Shown here one piece after another: positions 49,585 to 62,199 of a DNA stretch of 64,000 nt. This DNA is from an uncultured bacterium (lineage in GTDB: Bacteria; Krumholzibacteriota; Krumholzibacteriia; Krumholzibacteriales; Krumholzibacteriaceae): assembly GCA_963786935.1 (NCBI GenBank), contig CAWBAN010000001.1, forward strand, positions 1,529,490 through 1,593,489, read 5' to 3'. A program made the position numbers and the translations under genes. Each line of letters starts with the position of its first letter. Position 1 is the first letter of the stretch. The notes under the pieces were generated by a model. The model worked only from the letters and a program-made list of their open reading frames with translations, had not been told where the DNA came from and searched no databases.

Positions 49585-49702
49585 ATCGTCCTCCCTTTCG
49601 GCGCTTCGAAATCCGGTGGAAAAGCATGAGCCCGCTCGGGTAGTTCTATACCCGAGGGGATGGAAAGTTCCGGAGCTCTTGCGCCTCGGTCCGGAGGACG
49701 CG

Positions 49703-52700
49703 TTACCGCAGCAGGATCATTTTGCGCGTCTGCGTGAAGCGTCCCGCGTCGAGGCGATAGAAGTAGATCCCCGACGCCGCGGCGCGGCCGGCCGCGTCGC
49801 GTCCGTCCCACGTCACCTCGCGCGCGCCTGCCGGCATCTGACCGCTCGCGAGCTCCCGGATCTTGCGCCCGCTCACGTCGTAGACGACGAGCCGCACGTC
49901 GGCCGCCTCGGGCAGATCGAACCGGATTCTCGTCGTCGGATTGAACGGGTTCGGAACGTTCTGATAAAGCGCAAATGTCTTCGGCATCGCAGGCGGATCG
50001 GCGTCCGTCACGGTCCCGGCAGAGGCAGGAGCGCTCTCGTTGCCGGCGTGGTCCACGGCCGAGACCCTGTAACAATACAGGTAGCCATCATCGACCGTGT
50101 CGAGCCAATCCGTGTCGATCGTCGTCTGCGCGAGATTGCCCGCCTCGGGCACGAAGTCCTCGCTCGTCCCACGGTAGACCTTGAAGTACTCGAAGTCGTA
50201 ATCGGGGCAGGCATCCCACGAGAGATCGTTGCCGCTCCCCGAGTTGTAGGCGACCGCGAGGCCCGTCGGCACGTGCGGCGCGAGGTTATCGAGCGAATAG
50301 CCGCTGTCGGGCGCGCTCGCGTACCACACGTACGGCGTGGTCGTGTGCGCCGTCACCATATACACGGCGTAAGCCATGCCGTCCTCAACCGTGGAATCGG
50401 CGAGGGTGAGCGTCGGATGGACATACTGATCGAGCTGCGTCGCGGAGAAGCTCCCCATGACTTCCCACATCCCCGGCGGCAGCCCCGCCGCTTGGAGGGT
50501 CGGATTCGAGGCGAGCATCAGCCTGCCGCCGACGCTCATCACGGGCAGGTCGCCGAATTTCTCATCGGCGGCCGCTGAGAGCGGGACGCCCTTCGTGCTC
50601 GCGAGCGCCGCGCCGTCAACGCGCCGCCAGACGTTGTACGTCGCGATCGGATACGTCTCCTCGTCGCCGAAGTCGCGCCCCGACCGCGTGAAATACGCCC
50701 GCACCTGCCCGCCCTGATCGCCCGGAATATCGCGAATCGAATCGATGATCGCGGGCTCGTAGAGCCATTCGATCTCGACCTGCGAGCACGTGGGATTGTT
50801 CGGATAATCCGCGAAGGAGAGATCATCGCGCCAGAGCAAATCGGTCCCCGGATAGCTGAGCGTTTGCCATGTCCGGTCCGAAGGAACGCTCTTCCAGTTG
50901 GCGCCGCCATCCGCACTCAGCATCCAATGGATGGTGCCGGTCTCGGCGGCGGAGAGCCTCGCTTTCACGATCTGCTCGCTCGGGGAATTCACGACGAGCG
51001 ATCGGCCCACGTTGGCGGCGGCCAGATAGTCCCGCACCGAAATGCGAACCGTGCGCAGTTCATTGCCCTCCGCCACGAATGCATAATCTCCCGCGCACAC
51101 CACTCCCCGTGCCTGGGCAATCGGAGTCCATGCTATTCTCTCGATGGATGCGGGATTCGTGATGTCGATCACCTGGAGGGAACGATAGGGAGACCCCGCT
51201 GCCACATATGCGTAGTTGCCGGCGACGGCGATATCGTACCCATACCCGCCCGAATACAGGCCTGTCGTCGATGCGACGACCGGGCTCGACGGATTCGAGA
51301 TGTCGATCGAGCTGACGTATTGACCCGGGTAAGCGACATAGGCATAGTCTCCCGCAACGGTCACGCTGTACGCATACGCGACGCAGCTCCCCACAATGAC
51401 GGGATTCGCCGGATCGGAGATGTCGACAGCCCGAAAACCGCCGTCCGCGAGGAAGGCATAATTTCCGGCAACGGCGACGTCGTACGTGGTGCCAAGCGTA
51501 TTGCAGGTGCCGAGAAGCGTCGGAGTCGACGGATCGCTGATGTCGAGGATGAGGAGGCCCGCTTGTTCGGCCGCGACGAACGCATGGTCGCCGGCAATGT
51601 CGACGCCGTAGGGAACGTCCGGGGCGTCGTAGGTCCCGAGGAGGGCCGGACTCGTTGGATCGGTGATATCGAGCACGATTACCGTCGAATCGGTCGCGCT
51701 TGCGATGGCATAATCTCCGTCGACCGCGATGTATGTGCAGTAGCTCGTCGTCGTATATTCTCCGACCGAAACGGGCGCAGCCGGATCGCTGATATCGACG
51801 ACCTGCACGCCGTAGCCTCCATCCGCGATGTAGGCATAATTTCCGTCGATGGCGACGTCCTGCGCCGCACCCCAGAGGCTGCACCACCCTTCAACGAGCA
51901 GCGGCGCGGGACAGGCAATTCTCGCGATCTGAAGCCCCGACCCGTAATCGGCGATAAAGGCGTGATCCCCGTCGACTGCGACATCCCATGCCGCATCCGG
52001 AGTATCCAGGGTGCGCTTCACGACGGGAGTCGATGGATTCGAGATATCGATCTCGATGAGGCCCGCCGAAGAGCACGCAACGTATGCGTAATCTCCGCTC
52101 ACGCCGACGCCGAACGCGTTGGCGGCAAGGGTGAGGCTCGTTACAGAGGCCGGGGACGCGGGATTCGTAATGTCGATCACCTCGAGCCCCCCGGTATGAA
52201 CGGCTATGTAGGCGCGGTCTCCGGAGAGCGCCACATCGTGCGCCAGGCCCACCGTTGCATAGCTCGCCGCAAGAGTCGGGCTCGCCGGATTCGCGATGTC
52301 GATGACCTGCAGGCCCGAGGTGTAGTCCGCGACGAAGGCGTAATTGCCGGCCACGGCGATCCTGCGGGCGTAGCCCGGCGTATCGTAGCTTCCCGCGAGC
52401 GTCGGGCTCGCCGGATTGGAGACATTCAGAACGACGAGGCCGTAGGTGTAGTCGGCCACATACGCATAGTCCCCCTCGACGACAACGTCATACGCTGTCC
52501 CTGAGGTATTGTAGCTCCCCGTGAGCGCGGGCGAGGCCGGATTCGTCACGTTGATAATGGCAATCCCCGACGACCCGTCGGCGACATAGACGTGGTTCCC
52601 GTCCGCGAACACCTCATAGGCGCTGCCCGGAGTATTGTACGTGCCGAGGAGCGTGGGGCTCGCGAGATTCGTGATATCGAAGATCTGGAGGCCGTACGTG

Positions 52701-52969
52701 CCGTCCGCGACGTATGCGATGTCGCCATCGATGGCGACACCGGTGGCGCCCCCCGGGGTATTCCACGCGCCCACGATCTCGAACGCGCATGGCGGCAGCC
52801 TGAGCTCCCCCACCACGGTGTCCCAGAGGGCCGTCGTGTTGAGGGTGTCGCAGTAGAGCTTCGTGTCGAAGCTCTCGATGAAACGGTGAATGGTCGCCGA
52901 GGCGGCGCCGGAGAGAAGTGCGATAAGGACGAGCGCGACAAAGGAGCAAACGAGCAGATGCCTACGCAT
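49703..52969 (-). CDS. Secreted LVIVD-repeat protein with FN3-like and FlgD-Ig/CTD domains
   Basis: Many 'GDYAYVAD...GLQVIDI.NPASP' repeats; 'DIPGDQGGQV'; 'QNVPNPFNP'. Confidence 0.87.
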   Translation of the reverse strand: MRRHLLVCSFVALVLIALLSGAASATIHRFIESFDTKLYCDTLNTTALWDTVVGELRLPPCAFEIVGAWNTPGGATGVAIDGDIAYVADGTYGLQIFDITNLASPTLLGTYNTPGSAYEVFADGNHVYVADGSSGIAIINVTNPASPALTGSYNTSGTAYDVVVEGDYAYVADYTYGLVVLNVSNPASPTLAGSYDTPGYARRIAVAGNYAFVADYTSGLQVIDIANPASPTLAASYATVGLAHDVALSGDRAYIAVHTGGLEVIDITNPASPASVTSLTLAANAFGVGVSGDYAYVACSSAGLIEIDISNPSTPVVKRTLDTPDAAWDVAVDGDHAFIADYGSGLQIARIACPAPLLVEGWCSLWGAAQDVAIDGNYAYIADGGYGVQVVDISDPAAPVSVGEYTTTSYCTYIAVDGDYAIASATDSTVIVLDITDPTSPALLGTYDAPDVPYGVDIAGDHAFVAAEQAGLLILDISDPSTPTLLGTCNTLGTTYDVAVAGNYAFLADGGFRAVDISDPANPVIVGSCVAYAYSVTVAGDYAYVAYPGQYVSSIDISNPSSPVVASTTGLYSGGYGYDIAVAGNYAYVAAGSPYRSLQVIDITNPASIERIAWTPIAQARGVVCAGDYAFVAEGNELRTVRISVRDYLAAANVGRSLVVNSPSEQIVKARLSAAETGTIHWMLSADGGANWKSVPSDRTWQTLSYPGTDLLWRDDLSFADYPNNPTCSQVEIEWLYEPAIIDSIRDIPGDQGGQVRAYFTRSGRDFGDEETYPIATYNVWRRVDGAALASTKGVPLSAAADEKFGDLPVMSVGGRLMLASNPTLQAAGLPPGMWEVMGSFSATQLDQYVHPTLTLADSTVEDGMAYAVYMVTAHTTTPYVWYASAPDSGYSLDNLAPHVPTGLAVAYNSGSGNDLSWDACPDYDFEYFKVYRGTSEDFVPEAGNLAQTTIDTDWLDTVDDGYLYCYRVSAVDHAGNESAPASAGTVTDADPPAMPKTFALYQNVPNPFNPTTRIRFDLPEAADVRLVVYDVSGRKIRELASGQMPAGAREVTWDGRDAAGRAAASGIYFYRLDAGRFTQTRKMILLR

Positions 52970-53217
52970 GGCCGATCCCCCCATAGCTAGAGAGCTGCGG
53001 TATGACAAGGAAGCGCGGGGGCTCCGATCGGTTGGGCCGACCGAAATCCCGCGGCATTCCTAATGTGTTGTATTTGAATATTATACCACAGACGGCCGAT
53101 CAGGGTACAGCGATATTGTCGTCCATGTAGATCTCGTCGGTGAGCCGGCGGCGCCTGAGGATGTCCTTCGATTTGCCGGGGACTCCCTCCCGAGAAGGCG
53201 ATCTTTATTTGATTCTC

Positions 53218-53811
53218 CTATTCGCCCGTATCATCGATCTCATTCTCAATGATTCTGAATATCTTCCATTGGCCGTGTACCGGGCTGACATACATCCATA
53301 TGAGATTTGATCCCGCCATGGAGGCGGGCGCCTTCCCCTCCGACTCCGCGTTGAATACGACGGAGTACGCGGTCTTTCGATGTGTCTCCCAGCAATCGAG
53401 ACAGGCCTTGCCGCCGAGAGAGTCCACTCGACTCCATGCGCCCGTCTCGAAGGTGAAGTGAATCTCGCTTGCCGCGTCAAACATCGCTTTCATTATTTCA
53501 AGCTCTTCGGGAAGCCCGCGCGTTCTAATTGTGGACTCTTGATTTGTGCCGCCGAAGAGATCAATCTCCCCCATCACGGTCATGAATTCACAGTCATCCA
53601 GAAAGATGCTCGCATACCGATCGATATCTTCGCGCTCTATGCTCAGCGCGTAATTGCGAACGCAGTGCTCCCTATCGGTCTGGTCCCCATAGAGCGAATC
53701 GGAAGGTGAAATTTCATTCTGGGCGAATGCGGGAAGTCCGGAAGTCGCAGCGGAAATACCGATAACCGTCAGTAGAATGGCGCATGCCGCTCGGCCGTTC
53801 TGAAACACCAT
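53218..53811 (-). CDS. Exported hypothetical protein (NTF2-like features)
   Basis: Signal; 'YASIFLDDCEF', 'GQWKI'; AGGT RBS; atypical codon usage. Confidence 0.6.
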   Translation of the reverse strand: MVFQNGRAACAILLTVIGISAATSGLPAFAQNEISPSDSLYGDQTDREHCVRNYALSIEREDIDRYASIFLDDCEFMTVMGEIDLFGGTNQESTIRTRGLPEELEIMKAMFDAASEIHFTFETGAWSRVDSLGGKACLDCWETHRKTAYSVVFNAESEGKAPASMAGSNLIWMYVSPVHGQWKIFRIIENEIDDTGE

Positions 53812-54137
53812 ATCTTACCTTCTTTCATCGATTATGAGCCGGGATTGTTGACAAATATCATCAAAATATATGAATTATTCTGATGTTCTGTTCGTTTTTG
53901 TCAAGTAGACAATAAGACAGATACTCGGTCGTCCCCTAGAAAAGGAAGGGCGGTCGGGTGAGATCAAATCTCAGCGAGCTGCTTAAAGGCAACCCTCCCA
54001 ATCGCGCCAAGAACATATTAGAGCAGAGATGCGACCAGTGTCAAGAAGAAGGGCGCCATCGGGCGCCCGAGGCTAGCTCATCGATTTCACGTCCCGCGGC
54101 GTCACGGAGCCGCGCCCCTGCATGAGCCGGTTCGTAC

Positions 54138-54488
54138 TCAGACGAACCACTTCATGCGGCCGACCACCAGCAAATAGGAGATCGCCAGGACAAAGAACAC
54201 CGCCAGGCCGAGGAGGATCGCTCTACTCGCCCCGTATTTCGGAGCCAGAACGGCGACCGTTATCATGTACGGAACCCAGGAGACGAGCGTCCCGCACAGA
54301 ACGAGCCAGGCGTGCTGGCTGAGGGTACGACCCCCCCGGCTTTCGCCGATGAAGATGTAAGCCACCAAGGTGAAGACCGGCATCAGTGTCGCCAAACCGG
54401 ATAGCAGGCGCCGGTTGCTGCCCTCGAGAAGAACGATGGCGGTAGTGACCGTCCCGCCGGTCAGGAAGTAGATGATAATGTTCTTCAT
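54138..54488 (-). CDS. Small 4-TM membrane protein (DUF3147/GlpM-like)
   Basis: 'YFLTGG', 'GLATLMP', four hydrophobic helices. Confidence 0.65.
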   Translation of the reverse strand: MKNIIIYFLTGGTVTTAIVLLEGSNRRLLSGLATLMPVFTLVAYIFIGESRGGRTLSQHAWLVLCGTLVSWVPYMITVAVLAPKYGASRAILLGLAVFFVLAISYLLVVGRMKWFV

Positions 54489-54495
54489 GATGCCC

Positions 54496-55485
<990 letters not shown>

Positions 55486-55950
55486 GGCGAAGAACCTCTC
55501 ATTCCTGAAGAAGCCACATTGCCGACTCATGATCTGGGAACGTCCCTATTATATACAAAGTTAAGAAAGAAGTTTCAAGCTCCAATGGGCGAAAGGCACC
55601 AGCTCCTTGCAGGGCAGATCATAGCACCAAGAGAAAATACATGCTTCACACAAACATTCTCTGAAGAACCTCGCAAGGCGGCAGGATTTCTCAAGTAACA
55701 ATTCGAATCGACAACAACGCAAGCCGAATACCGATTATTTGGCATTCATTTGCTATTCCATTCTGCTGAAGAGTTATTGGCGATTATACAAAAAGTAATT
55801 TAATAGAAATACCGAGGCTCTATTGCCGCATAGTTCAAGCATCAAGAATAGGATTTCTTCAGATCCGATTTAGATAACAATGAGTACTATATGCTAATTA
55901 CTTAATTAGTTAATTATCACCTCTAGGCGCGTAGGGGGTCGGCTTGGAAT

Positions 55951-57530
55951 ATGGCGCAACCATTTCTCAACCCATTTGGCAATCCTGAAGGATCCCGAGC
56001 TGATTTGGGATGAAATAACAAAGGGCTTTGTTGCCTTCCCGGCATCCGTTGACTTGGAAAGGATTGGCAACCGTTCCAAGCGATTCTACGAGCTCGCATT
56101 CTTATCGGGAAAAAGGGTTCTGGAAGACCGTTTATTTTTCGGCGCGAAGGGATTTTCGGATCAAATTCAAACGAACTTCATGCGGGCGAGTTGGAATTGA
56201 ATGCGCCTCCGACGATGGAGGTTGTTAGGGTACTGGGAGTTTTCAAAGGATAGCCTCCGATAAGTTCTGGAGCGCCATTTGGAAACGGCGCCATTTTCTG
56301 TTCCGCCGCTTCTTACGTCCTTTCTTTGTTCTTCGCGCCTTTCTGCCTTGATACCAGAGATCATCAGGCAACAACAGCCTGCGGAATAATTTACGGCGAT
56401 TTGCTTCAACCCAATAAGCCATTTGCGCAACCTGTACAGATCTTCAATGAAGCTAACGCAATCATTATGCGTCATGTTACTGTAAACGCCTTCAGAAAGT
56501 ATTGGTACAATCCTCAGTGGGGTCAGCTAGAAGAGGAATTACACATTGCCCTTACTCATTGTAGACGATTATGTCTCTATTTGGACGGTATTGATGATGA
56601 TTTTCAGCATGCTCCAATGCACTGGCTTGAATGTCAAATTGGCCTTTATGAAGCGATAATGTCCTTGTTACGGGATCCGCGTTTTGGCCAGTGCTTGCAT
56701 GTTTTTGCTACACTCAGAGATCTAGTATTAGTGAAGATTCTTCAGGAGAGCACTCAACAAGAAACTACGAGGAAGAGCACGTTCGGTCTCTTACCTGGAA
56801 CAGAGCATCGATTGATGAATTGTTGAAGGAGAAGGTACGGCGGTTGGACTCTACATTTTTTGCGGATTCGGGAGGATCCAAACGCGTTCAGGATTGGCTG
56901 GGCCAACAGACGCTTCGTAACCAGGAGAGAAATATTGACGAGCCAATTCGGGATTACATCCTGCGGCATACAAGGTTGCTTCCGCGTGATATTGTTACTC
57001 TTGGAAATGTCCTTTGCCAGGAGCGACAGAGGGCTAAGTGGTTTGATTATATGCCCGATGAAGCAATTACTAGGGGAGTCCGTTTTGTGGCACGCAAGTT
57101 CTGCTCTGAACAACTGGCAATATGTGCGAGTCAAATAGCAACCGATTTACCAGCCACGAAAGAGAACAGATCTCAGAACGCTAAGTTCATGGGAATCGAT
57201 GAGTATCAAGAGACTCTGGCTGAGAAACTGCGAGCATTCATAAGTGGTTTCAAGAAAGATAGATTCGGAGTTGACGTACTTCGGAGGCAAGAAGATCAAG
57301 CGAGGCTTATGTTTCCGGACCACCCAGATATCTTGAGCGTATTATGGCTCAATGGATTGCTTGGATATGTAGATAGCAGTCGCAAGGCGGGATATGTCAC
57401 ATTCTATTCAGATGAAGCTGGCGCCGAATTCAAGTTACCTCGATCGAAATCAAGCTATGCATTTCACTCTTGTGTTGCGGACGGCGTGGAAATCAAATCT
57501 GTAGGACAACCTGTACTTCAATGGAGTTAA
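55951..57530 (+). CDS. P-loop ATPase (STAND-like), multiply frameshifted
   Basis: 'MAQPFLNPFGNPEGSRAD', disrupted 'FGAKG', Walker B 'LYLDGIDD', 'RHTRLLPRDIV' in successive frames. Confidence 0.6.
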
Positions 57531-57543
57531 GAAGGACAGAAGC

Positions 57544-58287
57544 ATGAACATTGAAGAGCTTTATTTCCGTTCTTGGGACGTTTTCAAAGGGACTTTTATT
57601 ACTGACCTATTTCATTCGGATCGCTTTGTTCCAGGGCCGATTCATTTTTCGTGGACAAGGCAATGCTGACCATAATCTCACTTCAAGCTTTGACCGCTGG
57701 TATGATAGGCACGAGTTGGAGGGAAATAGGTTTGAAATATCTAAGCGTCTTCTTGGACTGTTTAATGAGGAATGCATGAATCTGGATATAATGGAATATG
57801 AACGAGACAATGGAATAGAAATAGCAGCATTGGCTCAGCATCATGGCTTGCCAACAAGACTCTTGGACTGGACTGAAAGTCCCTACGTTGCATGCTATTT
57901 CGCTTTCACCAACCGGTTGTCTGGCGATGGTGACTCTCCTGAAGCAGTATCAATCTGGGCTTTGATTTGACCTCGGATATCTGGAACCTGGAGAGCGGGG
58001 CTGAAATTATTCGTTCGCCGAAGATTGGCAATATGCGACTCCGAAACCAGGCTGGCCTTTTCACTGCCCTGCGGACTCCACACAGAAGCCTAGAAGAATA
58101 TGTGATTGCTTCTGATCCGAATGGTCCCGCACTCTATAAGATGATTGTTCCCGCTGAACAGGCATCGGTAGCCTTGGCGGATCTTGCTGCAATGGGAGTT
58201 ACAGCAACCAGATTATTTCCTGATTATTCTGGCGCAGCTAGATCTGCGATTATATCGACATTGCTTGCCCAGACGCTCACTGACTAG
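57544..58287 (+). CDS. FRG-domain protein, frameshifted
   Basis: 'FIFRGQ', 'AQHHGLPTRLLDWTESPYVACYFA', 'R..NQAGLF', 'LFPDYSG'. Confidence 0.85.
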
Positions 58288-58827
58288 CTTGATTTGAGGC
58301 ATTTAAATTTGTATCTGTTCTCTTGCTCTTTAGCTTCTTGAGTGCTATTCAATCCAATGCTGTTTGGAATACGATGAATCTAGGCGTGCGACCTTTCCCG
58401 ACTAAACTGATCCAGGCGAGGGATTGATTTAGCTGGTAAGGCTCTTGACTCCGACCTTGTACCGGATCTATCAGCATTTTGCTAGTCTCTGCTTATGATT
58501 TGAATAGTCTCTGGATGGAGCCCAAGACCGATTTCAACGAGAGTCTTCGCGGTCCAAGGGACGTGGATCAAAGTCTCGATGCTCGCTTCAATCGCCTTCT
58601 TGACAATGCGAGCTTATTCCGGTTAATATCCTCGTGCTTCAGGATAAAATGGGGAAGAAATAGCATCCATGCACAACAGCGATGTCCGACGAGTCGATGA
58701 ACAGTCAAGTGACCGCCGCAGCTTCGAGTGCCTTGCTATCCGCAGATTGCATTGGACGGGCAATTCGATCGCTGCTGCGCCTAAAAATGGACGCTGATTG
58801 TGGGCACCTCTCTGTGGAGGAAAGGGT

Positions 58828-60754
58828 GTGAATAGGACAGCACCAATCATAGGCTTGGCGGTACTCAAGACGAATTGGGATGTTCTCGGCAGGGATTATG
58901 TCGAGAACTTTGTCCCAATCGTCGCTGATTGCCTGCGTTTTTCCTCGGACGAAGTAGTCTCGTTGCCGAAGCTCCAAGAGGACGTGCAAGAACGATATGG
59001 GATCAAACTGCCGCAGAATCCGCTCAGGCAGATCGTGCGAAGGGCAACGAAAAGCGGATTTGTCAGAGTGGAAAACGGCGTCTTCTATAGAGTCCTTGAA
59101 AGATGCAATGCGCTCGCCGTTGATGAATCGCGCAAGAGAGTAAACGCGGTTTATGCTCGGACAGTGAGTCGCCTGAGGGATTACGCTCAAAAAAATCATC
59201 GAGTGACCTGGTCGGAATCTGATGCCGAAGAGGCCCTAGCCGCTTTCTTGCTTAATGATAGTCTAGCAATGCTGTTCTCATACTCGGAAGCGACCGTATT
59301 CGACTTTGCTCCAAAGGAGACTCAGGCTAGGTACATAATAGGAAGCCTCATTGCGGAATCACACAGGTCAGATTCCGAGCTCATGAATGATCTTCTAATT
59401 CTGGCGCAAGGCAACATGTTGGCAAACGCCATGTACCTGCCGGATCCGGGCAGAGTGGCTAAACGCTTCGAAAGCACAAGGGTCTACTTGGATACTTCAA
59501 TCATCGTTTACGCAGCCGGATACGCCGGAGCCGAAAGAGCAGCGCCTTGCAGAGAGCTAATAGATCTTCTATGCGAATACGGCGCCGTTGTTCTTTGCTT
59601 TCAGAATACTCTAGATGAAATACACGGAATATTGGACGCCTGTGCGGCACGATTGGAGCGAGGTCAACTAAGGGAGGCCTTCGGGCCCAGCATGGAGTAC
59701 TTCATCGAGACGGGACGTACGGCATCGGATGTAGAACTTATGACCACTCGTTTGAAGAGCAAGCTCGATTCTTTCGGCATCCAAGTGGAGGATAAGCATC
59801 CATATGAGAAAGAATATCAAGTTGACGAAGCGGGCTTTGAGGATGCCCTGAATGCTGCTATCAACTATCAGAACAAGAGAGCTCTGGTGCATGACGTTGA
59901 CTGCATTTCGGCCATCGCTCGTCTGAGACGAGGGCGCGATCGGTTTTCCCAGAGACGTCGCGGGCACTGTTTGTCACCTCTAATGTTACGCTCGCCGCGA
60001 CGGCCCGAAGGTTCTTTCAGCCGGAAGCATCCCCCGGCACCGTAGCACTATGCATGACGGATTATGGATTGGGCAACCTGCTCTGGCTCAGAATCCAACT
60101 AAGGCGCAGACCTCCCGCTGAAACAGGTGATCTTTGACGCATACGCAGCCATTCAACCACCCGAGAACCTATGGAAGAAGTACTTAGTTGAAATTGCCCG
60201 GCTGGAAGAGGAAGGAAAGGTGACCTCTGAAGACTACTATCTATTAAGGTACTCGCTTGCGGCGAAAGCGGCCTTAATGGACTTAACTCGTGGGGCGTAC
60301 ACGCCTTCTCGGAAGGCGAGTGTAACGTCTGGCTGTGAGAGAAAATTAAGAGCAGACCTAACGACAGCCCTTGAAACGGAGAAACGGAGGCTACGAGAGG
60401 CGGAAATTGCCAACCAAACCCATGAGGATGGTGAATTACAGAGAAGGGATAGAATTCGAAAGACAGCAAGAGAGGTATGCCTCCCGTGTCGCCAAGCTCT
60501 TGGGTGTATTCATAGAAGCGATCCTGCTCGCCGTTTTCATACTGACTTTCCCTTGGAGTCTTCCTTCTATCACTCAGAAGTGGAGCCCCTACATCTTCCC
60601 CCTATGCACACTAGTAGTACTTGTTCTCTCATTCCTGAATATCGGCTGGGGGATCACCATTATGGCGGTCGTAAGGACCATCGAGCGCAGGTTGACTAAT
60701 CGCTTTCTCAAGTGGCTCATGGAGATCTCCGGTAGGGAGGATAACCGCTCTTGA
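58828..60754 (+). CDS. Large PIN-like domain protein with C-terminal TM pair, frameshifted
   Basis: 'RVYLDTSII', 'TLDEI', 'HDVDCISAI'; final frame has two hydrophobic helices. Confidence 0.55.
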
Positions 60755-60998
60755 TCCGAATCTAGGATCAATTCTACGCGGCTGGCGGTTCTGGGGCCTG
60801 CGTCCAAAGTGGAGAACCAGCTCCACGAAAACGGACCAGTCAATCCAACAACTACTTGACAGATCCACAATTCCGCAGTATTCGCTTTGCATGTGCGTCG
60901 TAGTTGCGATTCAAGCAACTTGTCGCAGCACAGTGCGTTGGGATGTTCGGAGGGTGGAAACCGAGCAGCCAGTACTTTTCCAAGACACGGCGCCGGCG

Positions 60999-61489
60999 AT
61001 GAAGTGCTATATCTGTGACTGTCCGGTTGGCACGAACAAGGATCTGCGCGAGCATCTCCTTTCCCGCCATCGGACCCTCCCGGCACAGTACTTCGAGAGG
61101 TACCCAAGGGCGGAGAAGATATGCAGCAAGTGCGGGAAGGAACTTGCCAATACGGAGTTTCAGCGAGACAAGACGCACCCCTTTGGATACAGGTCCCAAT
61201 GCATCAGTTGTCTGAACCCTCCCCAAGCAGAAAGCGTGAGTGCCCATCATGCGGCCGGAGATTCCTGTGGTCCGCTGTTGTACGCCATATGAAGAGGGCA
61301 CATGGCCTGACTACGGTCGATGCATACTACGTGTACTTGAAGGAGAAGTACTGTCCGAGATGCAAACAGGTCAAGCAGCTCGACGCTTTCTCGCGCATGA
61401 AGGACGAGGAGCACGTGTTCTTCTCCTACTGCCGAGACTGCAACAGGGCAAGATACAGGCCCCGCCCCGCACGACGAGCCACCCCGTGA
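60999..61489 (+). CDS. Small multi zinc-finger protein, frameshift near 61225
   Basis: CYIC..HLLSRH, CSKC..CISC, CPSC..HMKRAH, CPRC..CRDC. Confidence 0.6.
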
Positions 61490-61504
61490 GTGTGGGTTTT
61501 CAGG

Positions 61505-62170
61505 TCAGGTCGTCGGCCGCGACTCATCGAACCTAGAATAATAGTCGCACCTACCGCGCACGGGGCATTGACCGCAATCCGGTTTCGTCCTGCATATTGC
61601 TCTGGTGAAGTCTAGTAACGCATAGTTATAATCCCTGAAGTTTCTCTTCGGTGTAGATACACGCGCAACGTCGGAGAAACCACTTCTCCCTTCTCGTCTC
61701 GCAATCAGTGATGAGTCCAAGTGCTCTTCCATAAAATCGGACGATGTTCACGTCGGCGATCGGGAAAAAGACATTCTTGTGAAGAAGAGAGATACGCTGA
61801 AGCCGCATACTGTCCGACACCGGGGAGTGCTACAAGAGCTTCATAACCGCGGGGGATCCTCCCACCGTACTGAGCCCGCAGCGATTCTCCAAGCAGCAGC
61901 AATTGTCGCGCGCGCCAGTGAAGCCCAAGAGGTTCGATGACCTGCTTGATTTCGCGCTCAGAGCTTGATGCAAGAGACGCAGCATCGGGGAATCTCTGAC
62001 GGAACGCTAAAAAGACCGGAGACACCTGACCGGCTCTGGTGCGCTGGAGCAGTATTTCCACAATTAACGAATGGAAGTCTGATTGCCCCTTTCGCCAGAC
62101 AAAAGGGGCAAAGTTACGCCTGCCCCAGTGAAGGAGGCGCCTTCGAAAATACGCAACTCGGTCATAGTGG
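61505..62170 (-). CDS. HhH-GPD MutY/Mig-like mismatch DNA glycosylase with Fe-S motif, frameshifted
   Basis: 'EILLQRT', 'PLGL..RA', 'LPGVGQYAA', 'ADVNIVR', 'ICRTKPDCGQCPV..C'. Confidence 0.85.
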
Positions 62171-62199
62171 AGAGCCGACCAGCCGACCTCGCCGCTACT

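Noticed and set aside
43600..52800. DNA-level repeats as a CRISPR array or DGR TR/VR pair
   Set aside because: They are protein blade repeats; no reverse transcriptase, cas genes or adenine-specific variation seen
55738..55756. Sigma54-like TGGCA...TTGC at the island edge
   Set aside because: GG-to-GC spacing is 9 nt rather than 10
55500..55950. tRNA or att site at the island boundary
   Set aside because: No cloverleaf, T-loop or direct repeat visible; the other island end is outside the window
58370..58790. Possible extra small frameshifted gene between the FRG and PIN-like genes
   Set aside because: Fragments show no recognisable motif
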